From the IMG/VR virus record IMGVR_UViG_3300020190_000004: 64,000 nt of DNA; one strand, written 5' to 3'. A model generated the notes under the pieces. That model saw nothing but the letters and a program-made list of their open reading frames with translations, was not told the origin of the DNA and made no database searches. Below are positions 44,524-54,654 of this stretch, in pieces. Made by a program: the position numbers and the translations under genes. The stretch's first letter is position 1; each line of letters starts with the position of its first letter. The DNA comes from a virus (taxonomy: Duplodnaviria > Caudoviricetes).

Positions 44524-47500
44524 TACGACTGAAGAGTTTTAATAGTTTCTTTTGTATAGACAATGTTTTGTAATTGTTTGTTAACCGTTGGGGTAGCAGT
44601 AGCAATCACTTGACTTAAAGAAGATTTCTTATAGACAGCCGATACTTGAATGTCAAAAGAAAATGCTGGTTCGTCTTGTGCGTATATGTCAACGCCGATT
44701 CTTCTAATATATGTTAAGTTTTTAGGTGGTACAGTAACCGATGGGTTAAACCCACCAACTATGCCGGCACCAGCGCCACCCGAAGTTCCATAGTAATCTT
44801 CCATTCTGTACTGAAAGACAACAGGTATGATGATTGCGTTTTCATCTCCAATTTCAACAGTTTTCGTCGAACGAGCATCAATACCTTTTACGTTTAATTG
44901 ATTAAACACACTTGGGCCAAGAAATAAATAAGAGCCTACGGTGTTAGATCCTATCAAGAATCTGTCATTAGATAAGAATCCAAACTTGTCAGGAAGCTCA
45001 GAAGGGTTTGTGACAGCATAAGACGTAGTAAAAGGAGCAGGCCCAACATTTTGTAAAAAAGATTGCCTATAGCTTAATTGTGCAGAAGGCACACCATTGC
45101 TTGCCATTGAATTTACCAAAGCCGCATGCCTGAATGCACCAACTGCTTCGGGCGCAACAGCATACCCGGTAGAAGGATCTATGCTGACTGTAGGTAATTG
45201 TAAGTTAGCCGCTTGAAATGTAATGCCAAGAGAGGTTGTTGACGGGTACAAGTCAGGGTGATCCGTATGAAAGCAGAATACAGTTTCGCTACCTGGTCCT
45301 AGCGGTATCCCGCCCGGCAAAATGGGTTGCCCGTCCCATATCCACGCTTGAGTGGTACCAGGTGTAAAGTCGGGTAAAAGGGTTCTCGTAGGAGCTTCTT
45401 TGTATAAAGACTTAACTAATCCTACGTCAGTATACCTTGACCATACATACTGCCCCGTTGACTGTCCGCTTTGGTAATACGCAGTAGCAAATTTGTTTGA
45501 GTTATTTGTGTCTTCTGCATTTATAGAAGTTTGAACTATTGGGACCTGGTCATATTTTCTAAATACGGTGAAATCGCTGTCATTGACCGTTGGAAACAAG
45601 ATGTTAGGGTCATATGGTGAGTTAGGAAGAAAGGACGGTACTGTAGTCAAAGATGTCGGTAAAGAGCCGCCTATCCCACCTGGGAATCTTGAAACTAATT
45701 GTAGCGGCGTTGCTTCGCTATTCTGTATTGCGATCTGATATACTCTATTCACAATTGCTCCACGTCTCTCGTTAGGAGGCAACAATGTTACGTAGTCTAA
45801 GTAGTAACCGGCAAAAAGATCGATTACTGTTGAGTTACTTACAGCTATTTTGCTGTTATTGCTTGGGTCGATTATGTAGACCATAAGTGTCCCAGCCACT
45901 TTATCGAGGCGATCTTCTAATGAAGCGATACGTTTTTGAAGTTCTTGGAGTTTTTCATACAGAGATATTACTTTCCCTTCTTGTGTATAAAAATTAGAGG
46001 CTACCACATCCGCGTCGTGTGCGTAGTACTTTTCTAGCGAATTAAAAGAAGATGATAAATGGATATCTAATCCTTTAGCTGCTAAGTTATTCTCAAGCTC
46101 TACATTCACGATCTCCTTGCTTGCTTGTGATAGAGCAAGACTTGCCTCATCTTCTGTAAATAAATCGATAGGAAATTCTATCGTAATCGTAGCCGATGGT
46201 TCTGATAGTAGTGGGTTTTCTGGCCAACCAGCTTCTGACACACTCTTAACAAATAATTCTACCTTTTCGCCTTTGCTGATAGGAATGTCAACCTGATTTA
46301 TGTTTACTGAGTCAGCGTTTTCTACGTTTTCAGAGGCCCACTCATATTTACCAGTTGCGATGTTGTATACTTTTTTTCGTATTTCACTTTTAGATTCTAC
46401 AAGATTGGAATATGTACCTCTCTTCGTTTGACCATTTTGGTCAGTAAAGTCGAATTGTTTAACATCTCCTTGACTACCGTCTGGGCGAACATAACGGTAA
46501 TATGTTATGAATTGTATCACTTCTTGGTTACCGGTTTTAGGAGAACGCTTGGGGTTAGGTACGCCAAAGAATCCGCGTATTCTATACTTAGGACCGTCTA
46601 GTGCAGCTGGTTTTGCCTGTGCAATAACTGCAAGTTCTTGGACGATTGATGCATAGAGAGAAGATTTGATAGTTCTTTCTCTAATTAAACTGTCTAGTTC
46701 GTTCTTAACAGCTCGTCTTTCTGTTGGGCTATTGAATTGTTTAGAGTTCAGTTCCTCCTTTTTGACATTAATCGATTTTTCCAATTCTTTAATCTCTGAT
46801 TGAAGAGTTACTTTATCAGCTTGTTTTTTACGAATGCTCTCAACTTCTGATTGGTCAAGTTTATGATCATTGACCATAACTACTTTAAAGTTAGAATCAT
46901 TTAGGGTAGGTGCGTCAGGAGTGATGCCGTCGACTGCTGAAATTTTGCCCTCTTTAGCAGCAGATAGCAATATGTTACCAAAGTCAAGAACGTTTTCTTG
47001 GTAAAACTGAGTCATGGTAACATTACCTATACTAGTATCTGTAGATAAGTCATTAGTATAAAATGCAACGCCTGGAGAATAATCAATAGATATTATGTTT
47101 TTCTCGTCGTTAACAGTTCTAAAGAAAACAATGTTATATTCGTCAAAACCAATTCCAACGTTTACTAGTTTTGGGGAGAAGGTTTCAGAATAAACCGAGA
47201 CGGATTCTCCAACAACTAGCGGATCGAAGCCGTTAAGCCTTTTTAGACGAATGCATTTTGTGGAATTGTCGATCTCAATAACTTCGTATAGAGTTTCTCC
47301 CTTTAAGATACGATCTCCTGTTCTAAGAGTTTCAGTATCCTTTGTTAAGGACAGGTTATCTGTGTATGTAAGTTTGTCAAGTAAGAACCATCTCTTGGTT
47401 GAACTTGTGCCGTCAGCAAATGTTACTTTGCGATCTTCAAAGTTTACCAAAGTAAAGTTACCTGTGTAACGGACGATGCTAAGAGGCATATCGTTTACAC

Positions 47501-48095
47501 TTTCGTCTATGAAGAATGCAATGTTTTGTGTTTGCATATCTATCATAAAACTAACATAGTCAATGTCACTTTTACCTTTTAAGTTATTGTTAAAGTATTG
47601 CAGCTTTGCTTCGGTGTCAAGTTTAAGAATGTGACGTTTAACAAAGATTTTCGACTCTTGTTGTGGAACGTAAGGCGTAATATCAAAAGTAACTTTAAGA
47701 GCTGGTGTCATCATGCTCTCAAAGAACCAGTTATTTTCGGCAATGAACTTTGAAGGTGTAACCAGATTAGTAACAGGATTTGGGTTTCTTAGTGCAACCG
47801 ATTGGTAAATTCTCTTAAATGTGCCGTCGGGCATTCTAATAAATGCTTCACTTCCGTCAAAACCAAGCAGCTTTGATATAGTAGCATCTATCCTGTCAAT
47901 GCTACTTTTAAGATAGCCAAAAGAAGGGACAGAATATGTGGTCGTAGTCCCGTCAGTGTTATTCACATCGACTGTTACGGTATCGCTATTAGATATCGTT
48001 GCTTTTTGTATTGTTTGCAAAGTATCCAGCGAATTGTTATACACTTTTATGAAGTTCGCCAGAATCGTAGAAAAACTATTCTGTGTAGTTGCCAT
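44523..48095 (-). CDS. Large virion structural protein (1190 aa)
   Basis: Beta-rich regions plus two coiled-coil segments; 1-nt overlap with the next gene. Confidence 0.55.
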   Translation of the reverse strand: MATTQNSFSTILANFIKVYNNSLDTLQTIQKATISNSDTVTVDVNNTDGTTTTYSVPSFGYLKSSIDRIDATISKLLGFDGSEAFIRMPDGTFKRIYQSVALRNPNPVTNLVTPSKFIAENNWFFESMMTPALKVTFDITPYVPQQESKIFVKRHILKLDTEAKLQYFNNNLKGKSDIDYVSFMIDMQTQNIAFFIDESVNDMPLSIVRYTGNFTLVNFEDRKVTFADGTSSTKRWFLLDKLTYTDNLSLTKDTETLRTGDRILKGETLYEVIEIDNSTKCIRLKRLNGFDPLVVGESVSVYSETFSPKLVNVGIGFDEYNIVFFRTVNDEKNIISIDYSPGVAFYTNDLSTDTSIGNVTMTQFYQENVLDFGNILLSAAKEGKISAVDGITPDAPTLNDSNFKVVMVNDHKLDQSEVESIRKKQADKVTLQSEIKELEKSINVKKEELNSKQFNSPTERRAVKNELDSLIRERTIKSSLYASIVQELAVIAQAKPAALDGPKYRIRGFFGVPNPKRSPKTGNQEVIQFITYYRYVRPDGSQGDVKQFDFTDQNGQTKRGTYSNLVESKSEIRKKVYNIATGKYEWASENVENADSVNINQVDIPISKGEKVELFVKSVSEAGWPENPLLSEPSATITIEFPIDLFTEDEASLALSQASKEIVNVELENNLAAKGLDIHLSSSFNSLEKYYAHDADVVASNFYTQEGKVISLYEKLQELQKRIASLEDRLDKVAGTLMVYIIDPSNNSKIAVSNSTVIDLFAGYYLDYVTLLPPNERRGAIVNRVYQIAIQNSEATPLQLVSRFPGGIGGSLPTSLTTVPSFLPNSPYDPNILFPTVNDSDFTVFRKYDQVPIVQTSINAEDTNNSNKFATAYYQSGQSTGQYVWSRYTDVGLVKSLYKEAPTRTLLPDFTPGTTQAWIWDGQPILPGGIPLGPGSETVFCFHTDHPDLYPSTTSLGITFQAANLQLPTVSIDPSTGYAVAPEAVGAFRHAALVNSMASNGVPSAQLSYRQSFLQNVGPAPFTTSYAVTNPSELPDKFGFLSNDRFLIGSNTVGSYLFLGPSVFNQLNVKGIDARSTKTVEIGDENAIIIPVVFQYRMEDYYGTSGGAGAGIVGGFNPSVTVPPKNLTYIRRIGVDIYAQDEPAFSFDIQVSAVYKKSSLSQVIATATPTVNKQLQNIVYTKETIKTLQS

Positions 48096-48109
48096 GCGTT
48101 ATTCCTATT

Positions 48110-50263
48110 TTAGAATATGTCAACAGCAAATTGGTATGTATCAGGATTTATGCAGACCAATTCGATTGTTGGAACATTATTTTTCGTTTCAAAGTCAAGA
48201 TAAGTTAAGAACCCAATCTGTGCTGAATACGGAAAACCTGTGTTTAACCTGTCAGCAGCGTCAGAGTATATGATAAAGTTGAATTGTCCGTTGGTATTGT
48301 CAAGATCTAGACCATTCAAGAATGATATTCTCATAGTCTGGCCTTTTTGCCATCTCTTAGTTGTATCGTCAACATATACGATAACATCTCTGTCTACGAT
48401 GTACGCTGCGCCGGGACTACCGTCCGTCATCTTTAGATAGTTTGAGAAGTCTTCTAATTTATGAACATATGAGTAATTAGTAGGGTTTGCTAAGAAATAA
48501 CCCGATATGTCTACAAGAGGGTTTGGGCCGATGTTAAATGTTTGATTGGTATTTACTATCGATAAAGATCCTGCTTGTGATTGATCAATAAAAATACCCT
48601 GTCCAGCATTTATGACACCTAAGTTATATGACATTTGAACAGAGGTTTGTCCAGTGTAAATGTTTTGTATCTCTTGGTAGTTTTGCTGAATAAGGTTTAA
48701 CAAGTTGGATGTATTAGCAAAGATCGTTGCATTATCACCTACGCTATCTTCAAGTTCTGCTAGTTTCAATTTAATTTGTTCTGCGTCCTCATTTGTAAGA
48801 ATAAAGTTTTGCAGATCCAAAAACTTTGCATTAAGAATGTTTATCTGCTCGTTGTTAGAGAGCAAGATGCCAACTGCACTGTTCATTTCGTTCAGCGCTT
48901 CCATGTATAGTTGAAGTGAGAACGGGTTATAGTCATTTATACTTGTCTCGACTGCGGTATCCTGTGTGTTAACATCAAACTTAAGATTGATTCTAAAAGC
49001 ATAGGAGTTACCATTTTCTCCTGTTAGAGAATTTGGTTTATACTTAGTTAATCTTGGTATGTATCCCCCTCCCGTTGATATAAGATCAACGTTGTCAAGA
49101 AATAGTACCCCAAATAAGTTGGTTGTACTGTTGCTTGGGTTAGCAGGATCATACAGATCGTAATAAACTAATACTGCGTTGAAGTCAAAAGTTTGAGCAG
49201 CGGCCGTTTCGTTAAAAGGACCAAAGTCAGTTAACCCAGCAGCAGCATTTTGAATACCTGCGTATACAGCGGGATCCATTTCAAGTGATATACCATCTAA
49301 ACGACTTCTCTTATATTCAACAGACTTGTTGATACTTTCAATCTTAAACTTATCATTAGTTGCATCACCGAAAGATGCGGCCTCTGTATAGTAAGAATTT
49401 GCTATCGGGTTAGAAAACCACCATTGAAACCCTGGGTTGCCTTGTTGAATATAAGAACCCGATATTGGCTCATAATAGTAATAATCTGCGGTTGCACCAA
49501 ATGGGTCAGACACGGTAAAAGTGTTTGTGTCACTGTCATAAAAGGCAAAGGTGCTCAAGCCAGCTGGCTGAACAGAAGTAGCATCGCGTCCGTATAAGTA
49601 TTCAGCAGCAAGAGGGTTGATGGGATCATTTGTAAAGATTCTGTTTGGTCCATAGTTTGCATCGCTTATTGCATTGTATAAAACTGTTGGTGTATTACCG
49701 TGTGATGTTGGTATGTATATGTAAACTTCGCTGAACGCGTTGAAGTTATTGCGAACGCTATTAAGAATGTTAATGTCTCCAATGTATCTTACAACTTTCT
49801 TGTAAGAATTACTATCGTCTTCTTCGACCCATCTTACACCGTAGATAGCAGAACTTGTTTCCCCGGCAACCGCTTCACGAAAACGAATGGCTCCAATTTC
49901 TTTTAGCCACTTAAAGAAAACCCTTTCTGAAATCGTTCTGTCTACCGTTGGGTCATAGTTAGGATCCGAACTCATGATTGCTTCCAAGTTTAGGCAGTAG
50001 TTTTGGAAAGACTCTCCAAAGTAATCGTTAAGAGATTTAGACCCGTCTATTTCAGTAAACGCACCTGGCGTATTTGACAGACCAATCGTATTTTCTCCGT
50101 TTTGCGGATTGTTGATATTAGGAATGTTTAATAGAGCAAATTTAGAGAACTTAAACTTTTTCTCTGAGCTATTAAACGTCATCCCAAGATCTTCAGACGC
50201 TGAAGAAAATGTATAGAATGTACCACCTTGTAGGCGGATAGGCTTTATTAGTGGCGCTATCAT
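48110..50263 (-). CDS. Virion structural protein (717 aa)
   Basis: Long ORF in the structural operon with a coiled coil near the C-terminus. Confidence 0.55.
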   Translation of the reverse strand: MIAPLIKPIRLQGGTFYTFSSASEDLGMTFNSSEKKFKFSKFALLNIPNINNPQNGENTIGLSNTPGAFTEIDGSKSLNDYFGESFQNYCLNLEAIMSSDPNYDPTVDRTISERVFFKWLKEIGAIRFREAVAGETSSAIYGVRWVEEDDSNSYKKVVRYIGDINILNSVRNNFNAFSEVYIYIPTSHGNTPTVLYNAISDANYGPNRIFTNDPINPLAAEYLYGRDATSVQPAGLSTFAFYDSDTNTFTVSDPFGATADYYYYEPISGSYIQQGNPGFQWWFSNPIANSYYTEAASFGDATNDKFKIESINKSVEYKRSRLDGISLEMDPAVYAGIQNAAAGLTDFGPFNETAAAQTFDFNAVLVYYDLYDPANPSNSTTNLFGVLFLDNVDLISTGGGYIPRLTKYKPNSLTGENGNSYAFRINLKFDVNTQDTAVETSINDYNPFSLQLYMEALNEMNSAVGILLSNNEQINILNAKFLDLQNFILTNEDAEQIKLKLAELEDSVGDNATIFANTSNLLNLIQQNYQEIQNIYTGQTSVQMSYNLGVINAGQGIFIDQSQAGSLSIVNTNQTFNIGPNPLVDISGYFLANPTNYSYVHKLEDFSNYLKMTDGSPGAAYIVDRDVIVYVDDTTKRWQKGQTMRISFLNGLDLDNTNGQFNFIIYSDAADRLNTGFPYSAQIGFLTYLDFETKNNVPTIELVCINPDTYQFAVDIF

Positions 50264-50278
50264 TTAGGGCTTTGTTTT

Positions 50279-51115
50279 TTAGTAAGTTACGTCAGGTGTA
50301 GCACCTACGTTTGGCTGAGCAATGTTAAGAACTCTCCAGCCAGCGGCGTCAGCAAAAAGTGTAACAGCAACTTTCTTAATTCTTGCATCATCAGTTCCAA
50401 AAAGGTTGACACCAATTGCGATAGGTAATGTATATCCTGGATCAAAGTTTGTATTTGATATTTTGAAACCGCCTCCAATAGCAGCAGGAGAAACCTGGTC
50501 GATGATAATTGTGATTACTTGACCAAGTGTTGCACCTACACCTACTGCAGGCAAACTAATCTCTTCGCAGTTATCTGAAGTTGCAGAGTTATATGTGCTC
50601 AAGTCAAGACGTAATACGCTGTATCCTACTAAAGAAGCGGTCAAGGGTCTTGAAGTAGCGCCAGCTGGAGTGAGCGTCTGCGGGTTAAGAGTAGGAGCTG
50701 CGGCTGTTTGAGCGCCTAACTGCGTTATAGCAAATCCTTTTCTAAATTCTGAGAAGATAGATGACAAGAAAGTACCAGATCCGGAAGAACCTGTAAAGTT
50801 AACATTTCTTCCAGCTGTGATATCAAGTCCTGCACTTATGCTTTGTGTAACACTTGCATCAAGAAGAACGTTTAAGTTTCCTTGAAATTGCCCGGTAGCT
50901 TCGCAGTCAAAGATCTGCGCCGATGTCGGGTTTGTGTATTTTTTAATAAGAGCGTTACCAACGTTTAAAGAACCGCCTGGTACGAAAGATGTGTCAAGTC
51001 TTGTTTCAAGCGTATTGATTGCGTTAGTAATTTTCTTAAAATTGTCATTAATTGTGATTCTTGAGCCAGCAAGATTGTCGCCGCCTAAGATTTCTGTAAC
51101 CGTAATTACTGCCAT
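50279..51115 (-). CDS. Fibre/baseplate-associated structural protein
   Basis: N-terminal EILGGDNLAGSRITINDNF anchor-type motif, similar to the N-terminus of 31122..36899. Confidence 0.5.
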   Translation of the reverse strand: MAVITVTEILGGDNLAGSRITINDNFKKITNAINTLETRLDTSFVPGGSLNVGNALIKKYTNPTSAQIFDCEATGQFQGNLNVLLDASVTQSISAGLDITAGRNVNFTGSSGSGTFLSSIFSEFRKGFAITQLGAQTAAAPTLNPQTLTPAGATSRPLTASLVGYSVLRLDLSTYNSATSDNCEEISLPAVGVGATLGQVITIIIDQVSPAAIGGGFKISNTNFDPGYTLPIAIGVNLFGTDDARIKKVAVTLFADAAGWRVLNIAQPNVGATPDVTY

Positions 51116-51142
51116 TGTATTAGTCTATTTTTTCCGTTGTTG

Positions 51143-51150
51143 TATATATC
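51143..51150 (-). promoter_or_regulatory. Putative late promoter GATATATA heading the structural block
   Basis: Exact motif 27 nt upstream of the ATG at 51115. Confidence 0.6.
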
Positions 51151-51159
51151 ACTCTACAT

Positions 51160-51996
51160 TTACCGTGTTAAGTGTTCGCTATTCTCCCACTTTGGGTCAT
51201 ACCAAAACCTTCTACCGTTCTTGTCCATTCTTGAAGCTAGTTTTCCATAGCAGCGAACCCATTCATCAAAGTTAGCGGCATCTACTCCCGCTGGGTTTTT
51301 CCAATCTCTTAGTTGCCCACCTCCTAGTACATAAGCTTCTTTTACACACGTATGAGTCGTTGCTATAAGTTCATGTAGCATGTTAAGAGAAATGATGTTC
51401 ATAGGCTGAAACGGATCAATGTCTAACCTATAAAGGATTTCTGCCCGTAAGTAATTGCCCACACCGTTAAAGTATCCTTGGTCCATCAGGATTTCGTAAA
51501 GAGGCTTGTTAAGCTTCTTACTATTTTGCCAATCACTTAGTATCTTGTACTGAAACTCGTTAAACTCACTAAAAGGGCAAGGACCGCGACCACCGCCCCA
51601 ACCGTCGCTCCATTTCCACTTTGCAAAACGGCGTATATCATACATGATTAGCCAGTTTCCTGTAGTAGTCTTAAATCTCAAGTGACCGTGCTTAAGAGCT
51701 TTTTCCAGGTTTGGGCTATCTCCTCGCATATATATCCAAGAACCACTCATTCCCATAGTCATAAGTAGATTTTTTGTAACAGCGCCTTCAAGCCCTCCTC
51801 CAACCATTTCCATGTGAAGCATCAGTTCTTTACCTCGTGATTTTGCACGAATAGTAAATACACCTCCAGCGAAAGGGTTATCTTCTGTCTTAACTTTTGA
51901 AACCGGCGACTTTTCCATAGACTCAAAGAAAGTATCTTGCGACACAACCTGATTAATGAAGTCGGACATTATTTTTATCTCTGCTAATTCTGGCAT
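51160..51996 (-). CDS. Fpg/Nei-family DNA glycosylase/lyase, NEIL1-like
   Basis: Catalytic N-terminus MPE, RGKEL, GMSG, DIRRF, H2TH FNGVGNYLRAEILY, and a zincless-finger-like DKNGRRFWYD. Confidence 0.9.
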   Translation of the reverse strand: MPELAEIKIMSDFINQVVSQDTFFESMEKSPVSKVKTEDNPFAGGVFTIRAKSRGKELMLHMEMVGGGLEGAVTKNLLMTMGMSGSWIYMRGDSPNLEKALKHGHLRFKTTTGNWLIMYDIRRFAKWKWSDGWGGGRGPCPFSEFNEFQYKILSDWQNSKKLNKPLYEILMDQGYFNGVGNYLRAEILYRLDIDPFQPMNIISLNMLHELIATTHTCVKEAYVLGGGQLRDWKNPAGVDAANFDEWVRCYGKLASRMDKNGRRFWYDPKWENSEHLTR

Positions 51997-52712
51997 TATA
52001 CTAATACTGTGGGTGAATAAATGTTGTATAACTTTTCACACATAAGAATCATTGTCTTAACATCCTTTTCACAATATGTTTTAATTCTTTCAGTATTGCC
52101 TTTCCAGTATTCTTTATGTACTTGACTTCCGTCAATATCGTCCTTAGGAGAAGGAACACCCATTCCGTAAGCAGCTTCTTCAAAAGTAACATCTAGATTT
52201 GAAAATGATTTCCACATTTCTTTTAGATCCATGATATTTACTTCCCAGGGTTTTTTCTCATACGTGGATATTGCTTGTGGGATTGTAATTCCGTGCATTA
52301 AGAGCTTTCTTTGCACCCAAGGAACATCAAAGTTTTTGATATTCCAACCTGTTGGAATAAGCCCGCTTGCACCAGCTTTATGAAACAAGTTGGCGATAAG
52401 TTTCATCATTTTATCTTCGTCTTCTTCCATGATAGTGCTAACAGCCATTTCTCCGTTTTTCCAAACTCCATATGATAAGCAAACTATTCGCCCGAACTCT
52501 GGGAAAAGAGATACTTTATCTTGCCAACCTTGCGCCGGATCTCCGTAATTTAATCTGCTACACTTCTTCTCCCAAATGTGAGCACCTTCATGGTCTCTAT
52601 CTAACAGGTTATTGAAGTTCTCATACTTACCGCATGTTTCAATGTCAAAGAATAGCATTGAACTTAATTTTTGCTTGCTGTACATATTTTTTTCATTTGT
52701 TTTTATATTCAT
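51996..52712 (-). CDS. DnaQ-like 3'-5' exonuclease (PolB-related stand-alone type)
   Basis: FFDIETC, GWNIKNFDVP, YCEKDV (DEDD motifs). Confidence 0.85.
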   Translation of the reverse strand: MNIKTNEKNMYSKQKLSSMLFFDIETCGKYENFNNLLDRDHEGAHIWEKKCSRLNYGDPAQGWQDKVSLFPEFGRIVCLSYGVWKNGEMAVSTIMEEDEDKMMKLIANLFHKAGASGLIPTGWNIKNFDVPWVQRKLLMHGITIPQAISTYEKKPWEVNIMDLKEMWKSFSNLDVTFEEAAYGMGVPSPKDDIDGSQVHKEYWKGNTERIKTYCEKDVKTMILMCEKLYNIYSPTVLV

Positions 52713-52816
52713 TAGAAAAAATTAGTTCCAGGGCAAGAACTATATTTCAAATCTGAATAAAACTAATAAGGAAAATTCCCAAAAGGATAAGTATATAGAC
52801 GATTTAAGATAACACT

Positions 52817-53080
52817 ATGAATTTAAACACAAACCAAGAAGACCCAGGTCTTCACATCAATCCCAAAGACTTACCATGGGTAGGTTGCTCAAAAGGAATA
52901 CGAGCATATGAACAAGCTTTTCTTTTTAAGAGATTATCTCCACTATTAAGTCCAACTGGCAAAGAAGAGATGGTACCAGCCGAGATAGTTCTTTGCAAAA
53001 CCTGTGGAAAAGCTCCAAAGTTTATCTGGAGCAAAATACCTGACTTTCCAGAAGAAATGAAATCTGATTGTGAAAAATAG
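52817..53080 (+). CDS. Small Cys-containing hypothetical protein
   Basis: VGCSKG...LCKTCG; first gene of a plus-strand island. Confidence 0.6.
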   Translation: MNLNTNQEDPGLHINPKDLPWVGCSKGIRAYEQAFLFKRLSPLLSPTGKEEMVPAEIVLCKTCGKAPKFIWSKIPDFPEEMKSDCEK

Positions 53081-53498
53081 TCCTTTCATAGATAAGAGGC
53101 TGGAGCTACGTCAAATACCAGAGATTAATGGTTGGGGTGTATTTACCACTGACCTAATTAAAGAAGGAGAATTGATAGAAATATCTCCCGTGATTCTTAT
53201 ACCTAAAAAATTGATTGATATAGCGATATGGGCATGTCAAGCAGACGGTATACCCAACAAGGATTTGATGCTAGATCAATACACATTACGATGGGGAGAT
53301 AATCTTGCTTGCCCTCTTGGATGGGTTGGCTTATACAATCACAGCGATAACAATAACGCAATGTTTGTTGGGGAACATGAAAAGAATCTAATAGGTATAG
53401 TGACAATTAAAGATATAAACCCTGGTCAGCAAGTTCTTGTCTATTATTCAGACGTTTGGTTTGCGGAAAAAGGGTATATCACAAAGGTAAACCTTTAA
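53070..53498 (+). CDS. SET-domain protein (lysine methyltransferase-like), copy 1
   Basis: GWGVFTTDLIKEGELIE, LYNHSDNNN, KDINPGQQVLVYY. Confidence 0.9.
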   Translation: MKNSPFIDKRLELRQIPEINGWGVFTTDLIKEGELIEISPVILIPKKLIDIAIWACQADGIPNKDLMLDQYTLRWGDNLACPLGWVGLYNHSDNNNAMFVGEHEKNLIGIVTIKDINPGQQVLVYYSDVWFAEKGYITKVNL

Positions 53499-53920
53499 TG
53501 AAACCTTTTATTGATAGCAGGTTAGAAACTAAATACATGCCCGAGATTAATGGGTGGGGCGTATTCGCAAATAACAACATTGAAGCAAATGTGCTTATCG
53601 AAGTTGCACCTGTTATAGTTTATCCTAGCAGTCCGGTAAATCTTGCATTTTCTATTTGTCAAGCACAAGGAATTTCTATAGAGAATTTTCAAATAGATCA
53701 ATACGTATTAGAGTGGCAAGGCAACTTTGGCTTAATGTTAGGGTGGACTGCTGTATACAATCATAGCGATAACAATAACGTAAGGTTTCTTGCTGACTTT
53801 AAAAATTCTTTTATGACTATTGAAACTTTGCGAGAAATTAACGCAGGTGAACAAGTATTAGTTAGCTATGGAGAAGACTGGTGGAAAAAGAAACCTTACG
53901 TTAAGAAAGTAAATTATTGA
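53498..53920 (+). CDS. SET-domain protein, copy 2
   Basis: Start MKPFIDSRLE at 53498 (TAATG overlap); GWGVFANNNI, VYNHSDNNN, REINAGEQVLVSYG. Confidence 0.9.
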   Translation: MKPFIDSRLETKYMPEINGWGVFANNNIEANVLIEVAPVIVYPSSPVNLAFSICQAQGISIENFQIDQYVLEWQGNFGLMLGWTAVYNHSDNNNVRFLADFKNSFMTIETLREINAGEQVLVSYGEDWWKKKPYVKKVNY

Positions 53921-54642
53921 TTTCCTTTTTCTTCTTCTTCGTCGAATATCTCGTCTATTTTAATAATAAGAGGGTTTCTTACGATATCAGCTCTTTCGAA
54001 TTCTACTACTCCGATATCATAAACATTAACAAACATTTTAACGATTCTAGCTAACGAGCTGGAACTTTTCTTGTTTAAGTCAATCTGCTTGGTGTCGCCC
54101 ATGATTATCATTTTGGAGCGATCACCAATTCTTGTCATAGTGGATCGCATGTTTTTCATGGTAATGTTTTGTGCTTCATCAACAATAATAAATGTATCAT
54201 CAATAGAACGACCGCGTATATAAGCAAGTGGGGTGATCTCTATTAGTTCATGATGTATAAGTTCATCGGTAAGAGGCTTTCCTATGATCTTGTAAAAGTT
54301 ATCCATAAATGATATCATAATGGGTTCCATTTTTTCTTTAAGAGTACCTTTTAAGAAACCGATGTCTTCTCCTTCAAGAACGGTAACACTTTTAGCAACA
54401 ATGATTTTCTTAAATTCACCTTTTGCTAATAGGCGAAGAGATTCTGCACAAGCAACGTATGTTTTTCCCGTTCCCGCTGGGCCAGCGCATATAATGATCT
54501 GATTATGATTTATCTGTTTAGCAAATTTCTTTTGATTCTCGGTCTTACATCTTAAAGAGATATCCAAACGAGTAAGTAACCTCTGTTGTGGAGTTAACGA
54601 ATCATATATTTCGTTGTTTGATGTTGATCTCCTTTTAGCCAT
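53914..54642 (-). CDS. phoH: PhoH-family ATPase
   Basis: AGPAGTGKT, YIRGRS, IIVDEAQN, GDTKQID. Confidence 0.95.
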   Translation of the reverse strand: MAKRRSTSNNEIYDSLTPQQRLLTRLDISLRCKTENQKKFAKQINHNQIIICAGPAGTGKTYVACAESLRLLAKGEFKKIIVAKSVTVLEGEDIGFLKGTLKEKMEPIMISFMDNFYKIIGKPLTDELIHHELIEITPLAYIRGRSIDDTFIIVDEAQNITMKNMRSTMTRIGDRSKMIIMGDTKQIDLNKKSSSSLARIVKMFVNVYDIGVVEFERADIVRNPLIIKIDEIFDEEEEKGNQ

Positions 54643-54654
54643 ATAATTTGTTTT

